Source: an uncultured Chloroflexia bacterium (GTDB lineage Bacteria; Chloroflexota; Chloroflexia; Thermomicrobiales; UBA6265). From it: DNA of 64,000 nt. Shown one piece after another: positions 1 to 12,240 of the stretch. The first letter of the stretch is position 1. Each line of letters begins with the position of its first letter. Where the stretch lies: the NCBI GenBank assembly GCA_963724295.1, contig CAVRUC010000010.1:309309-373308 (forward strand). Direction: 5' to 3'. The notes under the pieces were generated by a model. That model ran no database searches and had not been told where the DNA came from. It saw only the letters and a list, made by a program, of their open reading frames with translations. The translations under genes and the position numbers were made by a program.

Positions 1-2602
1 CCAGGACGCGGGTAATCTCTTCGTCCGGGAAGGGGGCCAATCGCTCGACGCGGGCGATCGCCACGTCAGCGGCTTCTTCCCGCTGCGGAGAGCTGTCCAG
101 CTCGACGGCGAGCTTGCCGGAGCACAGAACGAGACGCGTCACCGCCTCCGGCGCTTCGGCACGCCGTGGATCGTCCAGCACGGCCTGGAACTCGCCCTCG
201 GCCAGCTCGTCGAGGGTCGACGCCGCCAGCGGGTTGCGCAGCAGGCTCTTGGGCGTCATCACCACCAGTGGCCGCCGATCGGAGGCGAGGGACTTCGCCT
301 GCCGCCGCAGCAGGTGGAAATATTGCGCCGCGGTCGTTGGGTTGGCGACGAGCAGATTGCCCTCGGCAAAGAGCTGCAGGAAACGCTCCAGCCGCGCCGA
401 CGAATGTTCGGGCCCCTGTCCTTCATAGCCGTGCGGCAAGAGCAGAACGAGCGCCGGCTCTTGCTGCCACTTGGCGCGCGCCGCCGCCAGGAACTGGTCG
501 ATGATCACCTGCGCGCCGTTGGCAAAATCGCCAAACTGGGCTTCCCAGAGGACCAGCGCCTCCGGTGCGTGGACGGTGTAGCCATATTCGAAGCCAACCG
601 CCGCGTTCTCGGACAGCGGGCTGTTGTAGACAGCAAACGACGCCTTCGCTTGCGGTAGTGTTTGCAAGGGAACCCATCGTTCCCCAGTGGAGGCGTCATG
701 GAGCACCAGGTGGCGCTGGGAGAAGGTGCCCCGCTCCGTGTCCTGCCCGGTGAGCCGGATAGGTGTGCCGTCGGCGAGGATCGAGGCCAGCGCGAGGGTC
801 TCGGCATGTGCCCAGTCGATCTTCCCCTGGCCATCGGGCTGACCGAGCACAGCCGCTCGCCGCTCCCATTGCCGCAGCAGCTTCGGGCTCAGCTGCGTCC
901 CCTCTGGCAGCGTGTGGATCGCGACGTCGAAGGCTCGCAAATTGTCCGCCGGAACTCCGGTCCCGGCGGTCGTGGCAAGGTCGTGTTTTCCGTTCTCGTC
1001 GAAGGGAGCGGTGGCACTGCCGGAATCGACGACCTGCTTACGCGTGGCGGCCAGACCCTCGAGTGTCGTTTGCAGCATCCCGGCCGCTTCGTCGGCGGTG
1101 ATGGCGCCCTCCGCGGCCAATTGCTCGGCGAAGCGCTGGCGGACGGTTGGATGCTGCGTGACGGTGGCGTACATCCGCGGTTGGGTGAAGGTCGGCTCGT
1201 CTCCCTCGTTGTGGCCCCAGCGGCGGTAGCCGACAAGATCGATCAGGAAGTCCTTGCCAAACTGCTGCCGGTAGGCGACGGCCAGCCGCGCCACGGAGAG
1301 GCAGGAGAGTGGGTCGTCGGCGTTGACGTGCACCACCGGAATCTCGAATCCCTTGGCAAGATCGCCCGCGTAGAGAGTGCTGCGGGAATCGCGGGTGTCG
1401 GTTGTAAACCCGACCTGATTGTTGACGATGATGTGGATGGTGCCGCCAGTGGAATAGCCGGGAAGTCCGGAGAAGTTGAGCGTCTCGGCGACGATGCCCT
1501 GTCCGGGGAACGCAGCGTCGCCATGAAGGAGGATCGCCATCGCCCGATCGCGATCCTGGGGCGGCGGCCCAGGTTGGCTGCAGTCGTCCTGGGAGGCGCG
1601 GGCCATCCCCTCCACGACCGGGTTGACGAACTCGAGATGACTCGGGTTCGGGGCAAGCGCCAGCGCCACCTCGATGGTCTCTCCGTCCGCGGCCCTGGCC
1701 CGCCGCGCCCCGAGGTGGTACTTCACGTCCCCGGTGACACCGTTGTCGCTGGAGGAGTCGGATGGCGAAGCGCTGCGCGCCATGCTTCCCTCGAAGGCGG
1801 CGATGATCGCGGCGTACGGCTTGCCGAGGATGTGCGTCAGGACATTGAGGCGACCGCGGTGGGCCATTCCCAGCACAACCTCGCGCACGCCGATGGTGGC
1901 GGCATCACGAATGATCGTATCGAGCATCGGCACCAGCGTATCGGTGCCTTCGATCGAGAAGCGCTTCTGACCGAGATAGGTCTGGTGCAAGAACCGCTCG
2001 AAGCCCTCGACCTCGGTCAGGCGCTCGAGTAGCTTCTTCTTGGCCTCAGGAGAGAGGTTCGCGGTGTAATGGCCGCTCTCGGCCGCCTCGCGCAGCCAGG
2101 CACGCTCCTCGGCAATCTGGACCTGATCGAAGTCATAACCGATCCCGCCACTGTAGATGCGGCGCAGATCGTCGATAGCCTCCTTGGCATTGGTGGCGTC
2201 GGGATTCGCCGGCCAGGGTACCGATTCGACCGGTAGGGTAGCGAGCTGAGCGTCAGTGAGACCGTAGAAGGTGGGATGGAGCTCCGGGGCGCCGTGCGGC
2301 GGCGTGCCGAGGGGGTCGAGCTGCACATCGAGGTGCCCGTAATCGCGAATCGCCTGCGCCAGCGCGGCCGCGCCGACGACAGCCGAAACATCGTAGATCG
2401 GTCCCGTTGGCGCCGACGTTGCGACCGGGGGAGCGCCGGACCGCGGCCGGGCCGCGGCGAGCGCTTCGACCTCGGTCGGATCGACACGCTCAAACGTCGC
2501 TCGTGTATCAGGATCGACGCTATTGGGATCTTGCAGATAGCGATCGTAGAGGTCGAGGACATAGCCGGCGTTCGGGCCGTGGAACGCGCTTAGGTCACTC
2601 AT
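1..2602 (-). CDS. sucA: 2-oxoglutarate dehydrogenase E1 component (3' end runs off the window)
   Basis: Manual minus-strand translation starts MSDLSAFHGPNAGYVLDLY at 2602 and contains GMAHRGRLN, GDVKYHLG, NPSHLE, HGDAAF, GQDTERGTFSQRH, WEAQFGDFAN, LLPHGYEGQGPEHSSAR. Confidence 0.95.
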   Translation of the reverse strand, partial: MSDLSAFHGPNAGYVLDLYDRYLQDPNSVDPDTRATFERVDPTEVEALAAARPRSGAPPVATSAPTGPIYDVSAVVGAAALAQAIRDYGHLDVQLDPLGTPPHGAPELHPTFYGLTDAQLATLPVESVPWPANPDATNAKEAIDDLRRIYSGGIGYDFDQVQIAEERAWLREAAESGHYTANLSPEAKKKLLERLTEVEGFERFLHQTYLGQKRFSIEGTDTLVPMLDTIIRDAATIGVREVVLGMAHRGRLNVLTHILGKPYAAIIAAFEGSMARSASPSDSSSDNGVTGDVKYHLGARRARAADGETIEVALALAPNPSHLEFVNPVVEGMARASQDDCSQPGPPPQDRDRAMAILLHGDAAFPGQGIVAETLNFSGLPGYSTGGTIHIIVNNQVGFTTDTRDSRSTLYAGDLAKGFEIPVVHVNADDPLSCLSVARLAVAYRQQFGKDFLIDLVGYRRWGHNEGDEPTFTQPRMYATVTQHPTVRQRFAEQLAAEGAITADEAAGMLQTTLEGLAATRKQVVDSGSATAPFDENGKHDLATTAGTGVPADNLRAFDVAIHTLPEGTQLSPKLLRQWERRAAVLGQPDGQGKIDWAHAETLALASILADGTPIRLTGQDTERGTFSQRHLVLHDASTGERWVPLQTLPQAKASFAVYNSPLSENAAVGFEYGYTVHAPEALVLWEAQFGDFANGAQVIIDQFLAAARAKWQQEPALVLLLPHGYEGQGPEHSSARLERFLQLFAEGNLLVANPTTAAQYFHLLRRQAKSLASDRRPLVVMTPKSLLRNPLAASTLDELAEGEFQAVLDDPRRAEAPEAVTRLVLCSGKLAVELDSSPQREEAADVAIARVERLAPFPDEEITRVL

Positions 2603-2925
2603 GATCTATCCACTCAATTTGCCCAGATCGGACGCCCCGGGATGGCTCGAGACCGGCACCGCCTGGAGCCCGCCTCACCATGTCGTCTCGGTATTATGGC
2701 ATGCGCTGTCCATGACGATGACGCTTGCGAGATGCGTGCCACGCCATTGTTGGCCCGTTGCCAGCGACCGGCCTAGGTTTGCGACCAGTGTCATCACACG
2801 CTTGCCGCATTGTCGAGAACGTTCGACACGTCCGCGGGACGATGGAGCCCGCGGACCGACATGCGCGACGACGGAGTATCATCGTCAGGAACAATTCTCC
2901 GCACGAACAGACAGACGCTTGCACG

Positions 2926-4767
2926 ATGTCTACCGCCCTTCCCCAGGCCGTTCAATCTCGGCTCGATAGTCCTGACCGGCTCGCGGCTGTCGCACGGCTC
3001 GGTCTTGTCGGAACGCCGCGTGAGGAGGCCTTCGATCGCCTCACGCGGCTGGCGGCCCGGGTGCTCGGCGTGCGGGGAGCGCTGGTCACCGTCACGACCA
3101 CCGAGGTCCAGTTCTGCAAGAGCAGCGTGGGACTCCCTGAACCGTGGACCACGTCCGGGCTGCCTCTAACCTATGGTTTGTGTCCCTACATGGTCGCCAG
3201 CGGTGAACCGCTCCTCGTCGCCGACGCCCGTGTTGATCCCCGGTTCCAGGATAACCCCGGAGTGCGCGAGCTCGGCGTAGCTGGTTATGCGGGAGTCCCG
3301 CTCCTGACAACGGATGGGCAGGCGATTGGCGCCTTCTGCGCCTTCGACGATCGGCCGCGCACCTGGACGACGGAAGATCTGCGGACACTCGAGGATCTGG
3401 CCGCGGCGGCCATGACCGAGGTGGAGCTGCGGGCCACGACCGCGGCGATGCGGGCCAGCGCGGCGACACTACGTGAAGAGGGCGCAACGCTCGAGATCAT
3501 CAACCACGTCGGACGGCTGCTGACCGCCGAGCTCGATCTGGCGACGCTGGTGCAGGCGGTGACGGATGCCGCGACTGCCCTCACCGGCGCTCGTTTTGGT
3601 GCCTTTTTCTACAACGCGCTTGACGCGCGTGGCGAGTACTACACCCTCTACGCAATCGCCGGTGTTCCCCGTGAAGCGTTTGAACAATTTCCATTGCCGC
3701 GGAATACCGCGCTTTTCGGACCGACTTTCCGCGGTGACGGCGCGGTCCGCATTGGCGACGTTCGCCAGGATGAACGGTTCGGCCAGAATCCACCGTTCTT
3801 CGGTATGCCGGCGGACCACTTACAGGTTGTCAGCTACCTCGCCGTGCCCGTCATCGCGCGCGCCGGTAAAGTGCTGGGAGGGCTCTTCTTCGGTCATCCG
3901 GAGCCAGACGTTTTCGATGAGCGGGCAGAGCGCTTCGCGGCCGGCCTCGCCGCCCAGGCGGCCGTGGCGGTCGAGAACGCCCGCCTCTACCAACAGGCGC
4001 AGGAGGAGCTGGCCGCTCGGGGACGGGCAGAGGCCGAAAAGGAGGCGTTCCTCGACGCGGTGGCGCACGACCTGGGGAACCCGCTGACAACGGTGAAGGG
4101 CCAGGCACAGCTGCTGCGCCGTCGAGCACGACAGGGCCGCGCCGATCTGGCGACCCTGGAGACGGGGCTTGGCGCCATCGAGGGCGCGACGGATCGGGCC
4201 ACCCGCCTGATCGCCGAGCTCACCGATGCCGCACGCCTCGAAGCGCAACGGCCCCTGGATCTGAGACGAACAGCAATCGATCTCGTGGCGCTGGCCGAGG
4301 CCAGCATCAGGGAGTCGCAGGCCGCCGCTGCCGGTCACCCGCTGCACCTGGAGACCGGCGTCGCTGAGGTGGTGGGACTGTGGGATGCCGACCGGTTGAC
4401 GCGCGTGCTGGAGAATCTGGTGGCCAATGCCGTGAAATACAGCCCGGCCGGGAGCACGGTTGTGGTGCAAATCGACCGCGAGGAAGCGCCCGACGGTCCG
4501 GTCGCCGTGCTCTCCATCACGGATCAAGGTGTCGGCATCCCGGCCGACGACTTACCGCATATCTTCGAGCGCTTCCGCCGCGGTGGCAACGTAGCCGGTC
4601 GCGTTGCCGGCAGCGGGCTCGGGTTGTGGGGGAGCCAGCGCATTGTCGCGCAGCACGGTGGCACGATCGCTATCGACAGCACCGAAGGTCAAGGCACGAC
4701 CGTCACCGTGCGGTTGCCACTCAAGGTCGGTGAGGCAACGCCCGATTCCCCCACCCGCGACGATTGA
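2926..4767 (+). CDS. GAF-GAF sensor histidine kinase
   Basis: Two GAF-like domains; H-box AHDLGNPL; N-box ENLVANAVKYS; G-boxes DQGVGI and GSGLGL. Confidence 0.92.
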   Translation: MSTALPQAVQSRLDSPDRLAAVARLGLVGTPREEAFDRLTRLAARVLGVRGALVTVTTTEVQFCKSSVGLPEPWTTSGLPLTYGLCPYMVASGEPLLVADARVDPRFQDNPGVRELGVAGYAGVPLLTTDGQAIGAFCAFDDRPRTWTTEDLRTLEDLAAAAMTEVELRATTAAMRASAATLREEGATLEIINHVGRLLTAELDLATLVQAVTDAATALTGARFGAFFYNALDARGEYYTLYAIAGVPREAFEQFPLPRNTALFGPTFRGDGAVRIGDVRQDERFGQNPPFFGMPADHLQVVSYLAVPVIARAGKVLGGLFFGHPEPDVFDERAERFAAGLAAQAAVAVENARLYQQAQEELAARGRAEAEKEAFLDAVAHDLGNPLTTVKGQAQLLRRRARQGRADLATLETGLGAIEGATDRATRLIAELTDAARLEAQRPLDLRRTAIDLVALAEASIRESQAAAAGHPLHLETGVAEVVGLWDADRLTRVLENLVANAVKYSPAGSTVVVQIDREEAPDGPVAVLSITDQGVGIPADDLPHIFERFRRGGNVAGRVAGSGLGLWGSQRIVAQHGGTIAIDSTEGQGTTVTVRLPLKVGEATPDSPTRDD

Positions 4768-4872
4768 AGCTGCAACGGCCCACGATGCCGACTGACGTGC
4801 CTGCTTCTGATCTAGAACGCAATTAGGTGGACAGGACCTGTTATCTTGGAAAAGTTAGGACGGGGCAATGAT

Positions 4873-5067
4873 ATGAAGATCATGAATGCTCGCACGGAAT
4901 CGAAGATTCAGCAGACACATCCGCCCACGGCGACCCAGGATGAGCAGGGTAAGTCGCAGCTACCCCCAGCGCCAGTCCTCTCCCAAAAGACGCCGCAGGA
5001 GTTCTACGCCGAGATCACCAAGCGTCCGGATGTTCGGGAGGTCTTGGAGGAACTCGCTACCGGGTAA
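4873..5067 (+). CDS. small putative antitoxin
   Basis: ~64 aa ORF directly upstream of a Doc/Fic gene; amphipathic C-terminal helix QEFYAEITKRPDVREVLEELA. Confidence 0.55.
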   Translation: MKIMNARTESKIQQTHPPTATQDEQGKSQLPPAPVLSQKTPQEFYAEITKRPDVREVLEELATG

Positions 5068-5104
5068 CCGGGGTATCGCAAGGCATGGGCTCGGTCCAGA
5101 CTGA

Positions 5105-5629
5105 ATGACGGAGCAGGATGACCCAGCGCTCGCAAGTCTCCTCGCACGACTACGCTGGAAATTAACGGAGCCTGTTGATTTCACTCGCACCGATCCTGAA
5201 TCGACGGTCGCCAAGGTCCGCCTCTTGTCTGCCGCGGCCGTCTATTTCAACGTTCTAGCTGTCACCGAGTTCGGCGGGCGACCAGGGCCAGTCCGCCAAG
5301 AAGGGCTCGTCGAGCAAGTTGTGGCCGCCGCTTTTCAGACATTCCAGGGGACGGATCCGCATCCCTCCCCATTCGACAAGGCGGCCACGCTCCTGCGCGG
5401 CATCATTCAAGGGCATCCCTTCGCCGACGGGAACAAGCGGACCGGCTTCTTGGTGGCGATCTACTACCTTGATAGTGTGGGATTCGTATTGCGACCGAAC
5501 CTAGCTCCAGATCAGATCATTTCCTTCTGCCGGCGCGTCTCGGCCGGCGAAGTGCGCGATCCGAAGATCATCGTTGTGGCGCTGAAGGCGTGGACCGAAC
5601 CGCGCGGCGAGGAAACATCAGTTCAGTGA
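5105..5629 (+). CDS. Fic/Doc family protein (death-on-curing-type toxin)
   Basis: Doc-type motif HPFADGNKRTG. Confidence 0.9.
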   Translation: MTEQDDPALASLLARLRWKLTEPVDFTRTDPESTVAKVRLLSAAAVYFNVLAVTEFGGRPGPVRQEGLVEQVVAAAFQTFQGTDPHPSPFDKAATLLRGIIQGHPFADGNKRTGFLVAIYYLDSVGFVLRPNLAPDQIISFCRRVSAGEVRDPKIIVVALKAWTEPRGEETSVQ

Positions 5630-5732
5630 GCCTGATCATGCTTTGTTCGATCGTATTTTCCGCGACACGCGTTGGAGCCGGAGGTTCCGATGAGGCGTTA
5701 CCCGAAGTCTGTGTCCGTCATTCGGCGCTCGC

Positions 5733-7295
5733 TCAGCCGCTCATCCCGGCGTAGGCCAGCATGACCGTCAACGCGCGATACCAGCGATCCGCGAGCTCGA
5801 CGATGGAACTCGAGAAGATGATCCCGCCTAGCAAAGAGACAACGGCCATCGCGCCGATGCCGACGTTCAGCAGACCGGTCTTCGCCGGTCGCAGCTCACG
5901 CTCCGGCGCATTGAAGTACATCGCCGCCACTACCCGCAGGTAATAAAAGGCGCTCACCGCCGAGAGGACGACGATGGCGAGGGCCAGGATCAAGCCGATC
6001 GCCCCAATCTCGATCGCCGCCACGATCACCTGGTACTTCGCATAGAAGCCGATCGTCGGCGGGATGCCCATCAGGGAGATGAGGAAGACGGTCAGCGCCG
6101 CCGCCGCCAGCGGCTCTCTGGAAGCCAGCCCGTTATAGTCGTCCAGTTCCATGCCCCGTCCGCGATGCTGCACCCAGGTCACTACGGCGAAGGCGCCGAT
6201 GTTCATCACCGCGTAGGCGAGCAGGTACATAAGCAGGCTGGAGATGCCGTTTTCACCAGTCGTCGGGGTCGCGCCGGGGGCCAGGAACCCACCGGTGGAG
6301 CGATAGGCGGCCAGACCCACCATCATGTAGCCGGTGTGCGCGATCGACGAGTAGGCGAGCATCCGCTTCACATTGCGCTGGGCGATGGCCACGATGTTGC
6401 CGAATGCCATCGTTACCAGCGCCAGCACCGCGATGACATTCACCCAGTCGTCGCTCAGCGGTCCGAGCGCCTGCACCAGGATACGAATCGTCGCGGCGAA
6501 CGCCGCCACCTTCGGCACGACGGACATGAACGCCGTCACCGGGGTCGCCGCGCCGTCGTAGGCATCGGGCGTCCAGAAGTGGAAGGGCACGGCGGCCATC
6601 TTGAAGCCGAGCCCGACGATGATCAGGAGAAGCGCGAGCACCAGGGCCGGATCGAGGTTGGTCTCTCCGGTGACGCTGTTCTGCAAGGCGATGGCGATGT
6701 CGTCGAGGTTCGTGGTGCCTGTCAGGCCATACACCCAGGCCATGCCATAGACCAGGATGGCGGAGGCGAAGATGCCGAGCAGGAAGTACTTCATACCGCC
6801 CTCGAGAGCGGTCTGACGCCGCCTGGCGAAGGCGGTGAGGATATAGGTGGCCAGAGACGAAAGCTCGATGGCGACGAAGATCATCAGCAGATCGCCGGCG
6901 GTACCGACCAGCATGGCGCCGAGGATGGCGAAGGCGAGCAGCACGTAGAACTCGCCAATCGGCAGATGCCCTTCGAGCTGATCGACGTAGGAGGCCGCGG
7001 TGACAACGCTGAGCACCGCCGAGATGAGGATGACCAGCGACAGGAAGACCGAAAGCCCGTCAGCTCGGAATGACCCCGAGAAGGTCGCCGCGTTCAGACC
7101 GTCCTGCCACCAGAGCGCGGCTGCCGACAGCCCATAGCCGATCAGGGAGACGCCGGTGAGCAGAGCATAGTGGTGGCGTCGCGGCAGAAACGCGTCCAGG
7201 ACCATGAGCAGCAGCGCCAGCCCGAAGATAATGAGTTGTGGGTAGGTGAGGCTCCAGTCCGGCGTCTGGAGGCCTGCTGGCAGATCGTAGAGCAT
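5733..7295 (-). CDS. nuoN: NADH-quinone oxidoreductase subunit N
   Basis: Polytopic; FKMAAVPFHFWTPDAYDGA, KRMLAYSSIAH, GIPPTIGF. Confidence 0.95.
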   Translation of the reverse strand: MLYDLPAGLQTPDWSLTYPQLIIFGLALLLMVLDAFLPRRHHYALLTGVSLIGYGLSAAALWWQDGLNAATFSGSFRADGLSVFLSLVILISAVLSVVTAASYVDQLEGHLPIGEFYVLLAFAILGAMLVGTAGDLLMIFVAIELSSLATYILTAFARRRQTALEGGMKYFLLGIFASAILVYGMAWVYGLTGTTNLDDIAIALQNSVTGETNLDPALVLALLLIIVGLGFKMAAVPFHFWTPDAYDGAATPVTAFMSVVPKVAAFAATIRILVQALGPLSDDWVNVIAVLALVTMAFGNIVAIAQRNVKRMLAYSSIAHTGYMMVGLAAYRSTGGFLAPGATPTTGENGISSLLMYLLAYAVMNIGAFAVVTWVQHRGRGMELDDYNGLASREPLAAAALTVFLISLMGIPPTIGFYAKYQVIVAAIEIGAIGLILALAIVVLSAVSAFYYLRVVAAMYFNAPERELRPAKTGLLNVGIGAMAVVSLLGGIIFSSSIVELADRWYRALTVMLAYAGMSG

Positions 7296-7332
7296 CAGTC
7301 TTCTCCGAAGTCGGCCGGTGTGTCCCCGTCGC

Positions 7333-9094
<1,762 letters not shown>

Positions 9095-9096
<2 letters not shown>

Positions 9097-9192
9097 AGGG
9101 TCATAGGGTGATCGGGTGATAGGGAGAATCCCTCCGTACCCCCTATTACCCGATCACCGTGAGCGCAGCGAACAATCACCCGATCACCCCCG
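9095..9192. repeat. 8-nt-periodic palindromic intergenic repeat (family A)
   Basis: GGGTGATN tandem arms, inverted ATCACCC arms, internal GAGCGCAGCGAA module. Confidence 0.75.
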
Positions 9193-11211
9193 TTACCGGA
9201 ACAGCGTGCTCGACAACCCCAGATAGATCCCGACCAGCACCACCATGCCGAGCGCGATGGCCAGGGCGTAGTTCGTCACCAGACCGGTCTGGACGTGGCG
9301 TAATCGCTGGCTGACCGCGCCGATGCCGAAGCCGACGCCGTTGACCGCCGCGTCGATGATGCGGATGTCGACCACCCGCCAGAGCGCGTTGGCGAGATTG
9401 CCCAACGGCCGCACGATCGCCCCGTTGTACAGCTCATCCCACCGCCACTTGTCGCGCAGGAAGAGATAGAGGGCAGACGCGCGCTCCTCCAGAGCAGGCA
9501 TGGTGCGGCGCGAGTACATCAGGAACGCCAACCCGATGCCCGCAACCGCCGCGGCCGTCGAGGCGACCCCGAAGGCAATCACCGTTTGCTGCGAGACATG
9601 ATGTTCTTCTTCCGCGGCCGCCCCGGTGCCGTGCCCCTCTTCGCCCTCCTCTTCACCAGCTGGGACGGTCTCCTCCTGCAGCATATAGAGCGAGGCCACC
9701 TCGTCCCCTTCGGCCGTATCTTCAGCATCGTGGAACACTGGCTCCAGGAAGGCGTGAATGGAGCCCGCTTCCGGCGGCCAGCCGATCAACCAGCCGAGGG
9801 CCACCGATGGGATCGCCAGCAGCACCAGCGGGATCGCCATCGACGGCGGCGACTCGTGCGGATGGATGTCGTGCGGGTCGAACCGCGGCTCACCAGTGAA
9901 GACGAGGAAGACGAGGCGAAACATGTAGAACGCGGTGAAGAAGGCGGTCACCAGCCCGACGATGGCCAGGATCTGCCCGATCGGGATCAGATCCGTGACC
10001 CAGGCTCCGACGAGGATCTCGTCCTTCGACCAGAACCCGGCGAAGGGAATCATGCCCGCGTTGGCAAATGAGGCGGCGAGGAACGTCCAGAACGTGACCG
10101 GCATCCAGCGCCGCAGGCCGCCCATGCGCTGGATGTTCTGCTCCTCGTGCATGCCGTGGATGACGCTGCCGGCGCCGAGGAAGAGACACCCCTTGAAGAA
10201 GGCGTGGGTGACGAGGTGGAAGATGGCCGGGATGAAGGCACCGACACCCGCGCCCATCGCCATGTAACCGAGCTGCGACAGCGTCGAGTAGGCAACGACG
10301 CGCTTGATGTCGTTCTGGGCTACGGCGATCGTGGCCGCCATGAACGAGGTAAAGGCGCCGATGAGCGCGACGACCAGCATCGCGGTCGGCGCGGATTCAT
10401 AGAACGTGTGCGTGCGGACGATCAAGTAGATACCGGCGGTGACCATCGTCGCGGCGTGGATCAGCGCCGAGACCGGGGTCGGACCCTCCATCGCGTCCGG
10501 CAGCCAGACGTGCAGTGGGAATTGCGCGCTCTTGCCGGCCGCGCCGCCGAAGAGAAGGAGGGCGATGCCGGTGACCACCGCGACCGGTGCAGCCGGTACC
10601 TGGGCGAAGACCTCACTAAATTCGAGCGTGCCGAACTGATAGAAGATCCAGATCAGTCCCAGGCCAAAGGCCAGGTCGCCGATGCGGTTGACGATGAAGG
10701 CCTTCTGCGCGGCGCCGGCGGCGGAGCGGCGGGTGAACCAGAACCCGATCAGCAGGTACGACGCCAGACCGACCCCCTCCCAGAAGAAGAAGAGGAGGAG
10801 GAAGTTGTCGGCCAGGACCAGCATCAGCATCGAGAAGACAAAGAAAGGAAGATAGGCGAAGAAGCGGGCAAAACCCGGGTCGCCCTCCATATACCCCTTG
10901 GAATAGACGTGGACCAGAAATCCGACGCTGGTGACCACGAGCAGCATCACCGCGGTCAACTGATCGACGAAGAGATTGATCCCGATGTGGAAGGTGCCGG
11001 ATTGAATCCAGGTGTAGAGATCCTGGCGTAGTGGTTCGCCCGTTGCGCTGATCTGCCGGAACACCAGCAGCGAGAGAAGGAACGAAGCGAAGACAGCCGG
11101 GGTGGCGATCCAGTGCGCAGCGGTGCGCAGAAACCGCCCGAAGAGGAGGTTGACGGCGAAGGCCAGAAGCGGCAGCAGCGGGATGAGGTAGAGGTACTGT
11201 TCCATTGCCAT
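9193..11211 (-). CDS. nuoL: NADH-quinone oxidoreductase subunit L
   Basis: GKSAQFPLHVWLPDAMEGPTPVSALIHAATMV, FHLVTHAFFK; start placed at MAMEQY (11211). Confidence 0.95.
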   Translation of the reverse strand: MAMEQYLYLIPLLPLLAFAVNLLFGRFLRTAAHWIATPAVFASFLLSLLVFRQISATGEPLRQDLYTWIQSGTFHIGINLFVDQLTAVMLLVVTSVGFLVHVYSKGYMEGDPGFARFFAYLPFFVFSMLMLVLADNFLLLFFFWEGVGLASYLLIGFWFTRRSAAGAAQKAFIVNRIGDLAFGLGLIWIFYQFGTLEFSEVFAQVPAAPVAVVTGIALLLFGGAAGKSAQFPLHVWLPDAMEGPTPVSALIHAATMVTAGIYLIVRTHTFYESAPTAMLVVALIGAFTSFMAATIAVAQNDIKRVVAYSTLSQLGYMAMGAGVGAFIPAIFHLVTHAFFKGCLFLGAGSVIHGMHEEQNIQRMGGLRRWMPVTFWTFLAASFANAGMIPFAGFWSKDEILVGAWVTDLIPIGQILAIVGLVTAFFTAFYMFRLVFLVFTGEPRFDPHDIHPHESPPSMAIPLVLLAIPSVALGWLIGWPPEAGSIHAFLEPVFHDAEDTAEGDEVASLYMLQEETVPAGEEEGEEGHGTGAAAEEEHHVSQQTVIAFGVASTAAAVAGIGLAFLMYSRRTMPALEERASALYLFLRDKWRWDELYNGAIVRPLGNLANALWRVVDIRIIDAAVNGVGFGIGAVSQRLRHVQTGLVTNYALAIALGMVVLVGIYLGLSSTLFR

Positions 11212-11348
11212 TAGCGGACTACGGCTGGTGTCATGGCGCGAGCGGTCGCACCTCTCATTCCGCGTTTCCTCCACCCAATACGCCGTGGCGGACCGCCCGG
11301 CGAAAAGCCCGCGCAAGTGTAACCTGAGACGGGATGATGGGGAGGACG

Positions 11349-11573
11349 GGCACGGGATGGCGCGGAGGGCCTCTTCGTCGCCCAGCAATGGCTGCAGCCC
11401 GGCGACCGGGTCCTGCTGCACACCCACCCGGTCGAGGAGGCCATCACCTTTCTCGCGGGATCAGGCGAGGCGACGCTCGGCGAAGAGACCGTACCTATTG
11501 GAGCTGGTGTCAGCCTCTACATCCCCGCCGGTGAGGTCCATGGGTTCCGCTGCACTGAGGGAACCTTCCACGT
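11349..11573 (+). pseudogene. internal fragment of a cupin gene (paralog of 16623-17012)
   Basis: 224 bp colinear with 16715-16938 (14 mismatches by eye); lacks the 5' and 3' ends. Confidence 0.85.
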
Positions 11574-12240
11574 GTGCTGCGTAACACAACAGATTCACTG
11601 GAAGGGGCGGGCTTCATCTCAATTTCCCAGCGAGGTAGCGGAACCCCATCGCTGCTGACCGTATTGAGTCGCCAGACGCGTACCTGAACGCCCTGTGCAG
11701 TGAGCGCCAAACGCCGTTCGTCGTAGGTCAGGGTATCGATATTGGACGCGACCGTCTGGCACCACGCCGCGAGGTCACGCACCTTCGTGGCGTCGGCTTC
11801 AGCGTCTGAGGCGATTTGCCCTTCGACATCGGTCCAGACCAGCTGCAGGCATATGGGCCTTCCTGCACAAGGTCCTGGAAAGGACAGGCCAGATGGGGTA
11901 CTGCGGACTGGATGGCTGCAATGTGCCGTATCCGGAAGAGGTTCAGACCGCTCGTACAAGCTGACCCACCGCTCGTAGTCCCTCTCGTCCTCCTCCGACC
12001 AGGAGACGAAGTCCGCGTCGAGGTCGCGCCGCAGCGTCTCCCGGATATCGAGGGGAAGGTTGAGCGCGATTTCGTAGCGAGGTAGCCCCGACCCGGCCTT
12101 GGCTACGATGACCTCGACCCCGAGGCGGCGCAACCATTCTCGCCGCGCGGCGAAGGCAAGCTCCTGCAAGCGTTTCAGTTCGGCCGGCCACACCGACAAC
12201 CAGTCGGCCACGGCCTTCCCCCGGCGCTCCAGCGTCGTCG
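11574..12240 (-). pseudogene. two C-terminal remnants of large serine recombinases
   Basis: Segments ...DLAAWCQTVASNIDTLTYDERRLALTAQGVQVRVW... and ...ELAFAARREWLRRLGVEVIV... resemble post-coiled-coil tails of recombinase-family proteins; no catalytic N-terminus. Confidence 0.55.

Noticed and set aside
662..2032. 456-aa plus-strand ORF (and many other long antisense ORFs in the track)
   Set aside because: Shadow frame of sucA; high-GC codon bias yields long antisense ORFs with no motifs.
11212..11427. Extended N-terminus of nuoL in the ORF track
   Set aside because: It runs through the antisense cupin fragment; homology begins at MAMEQY.
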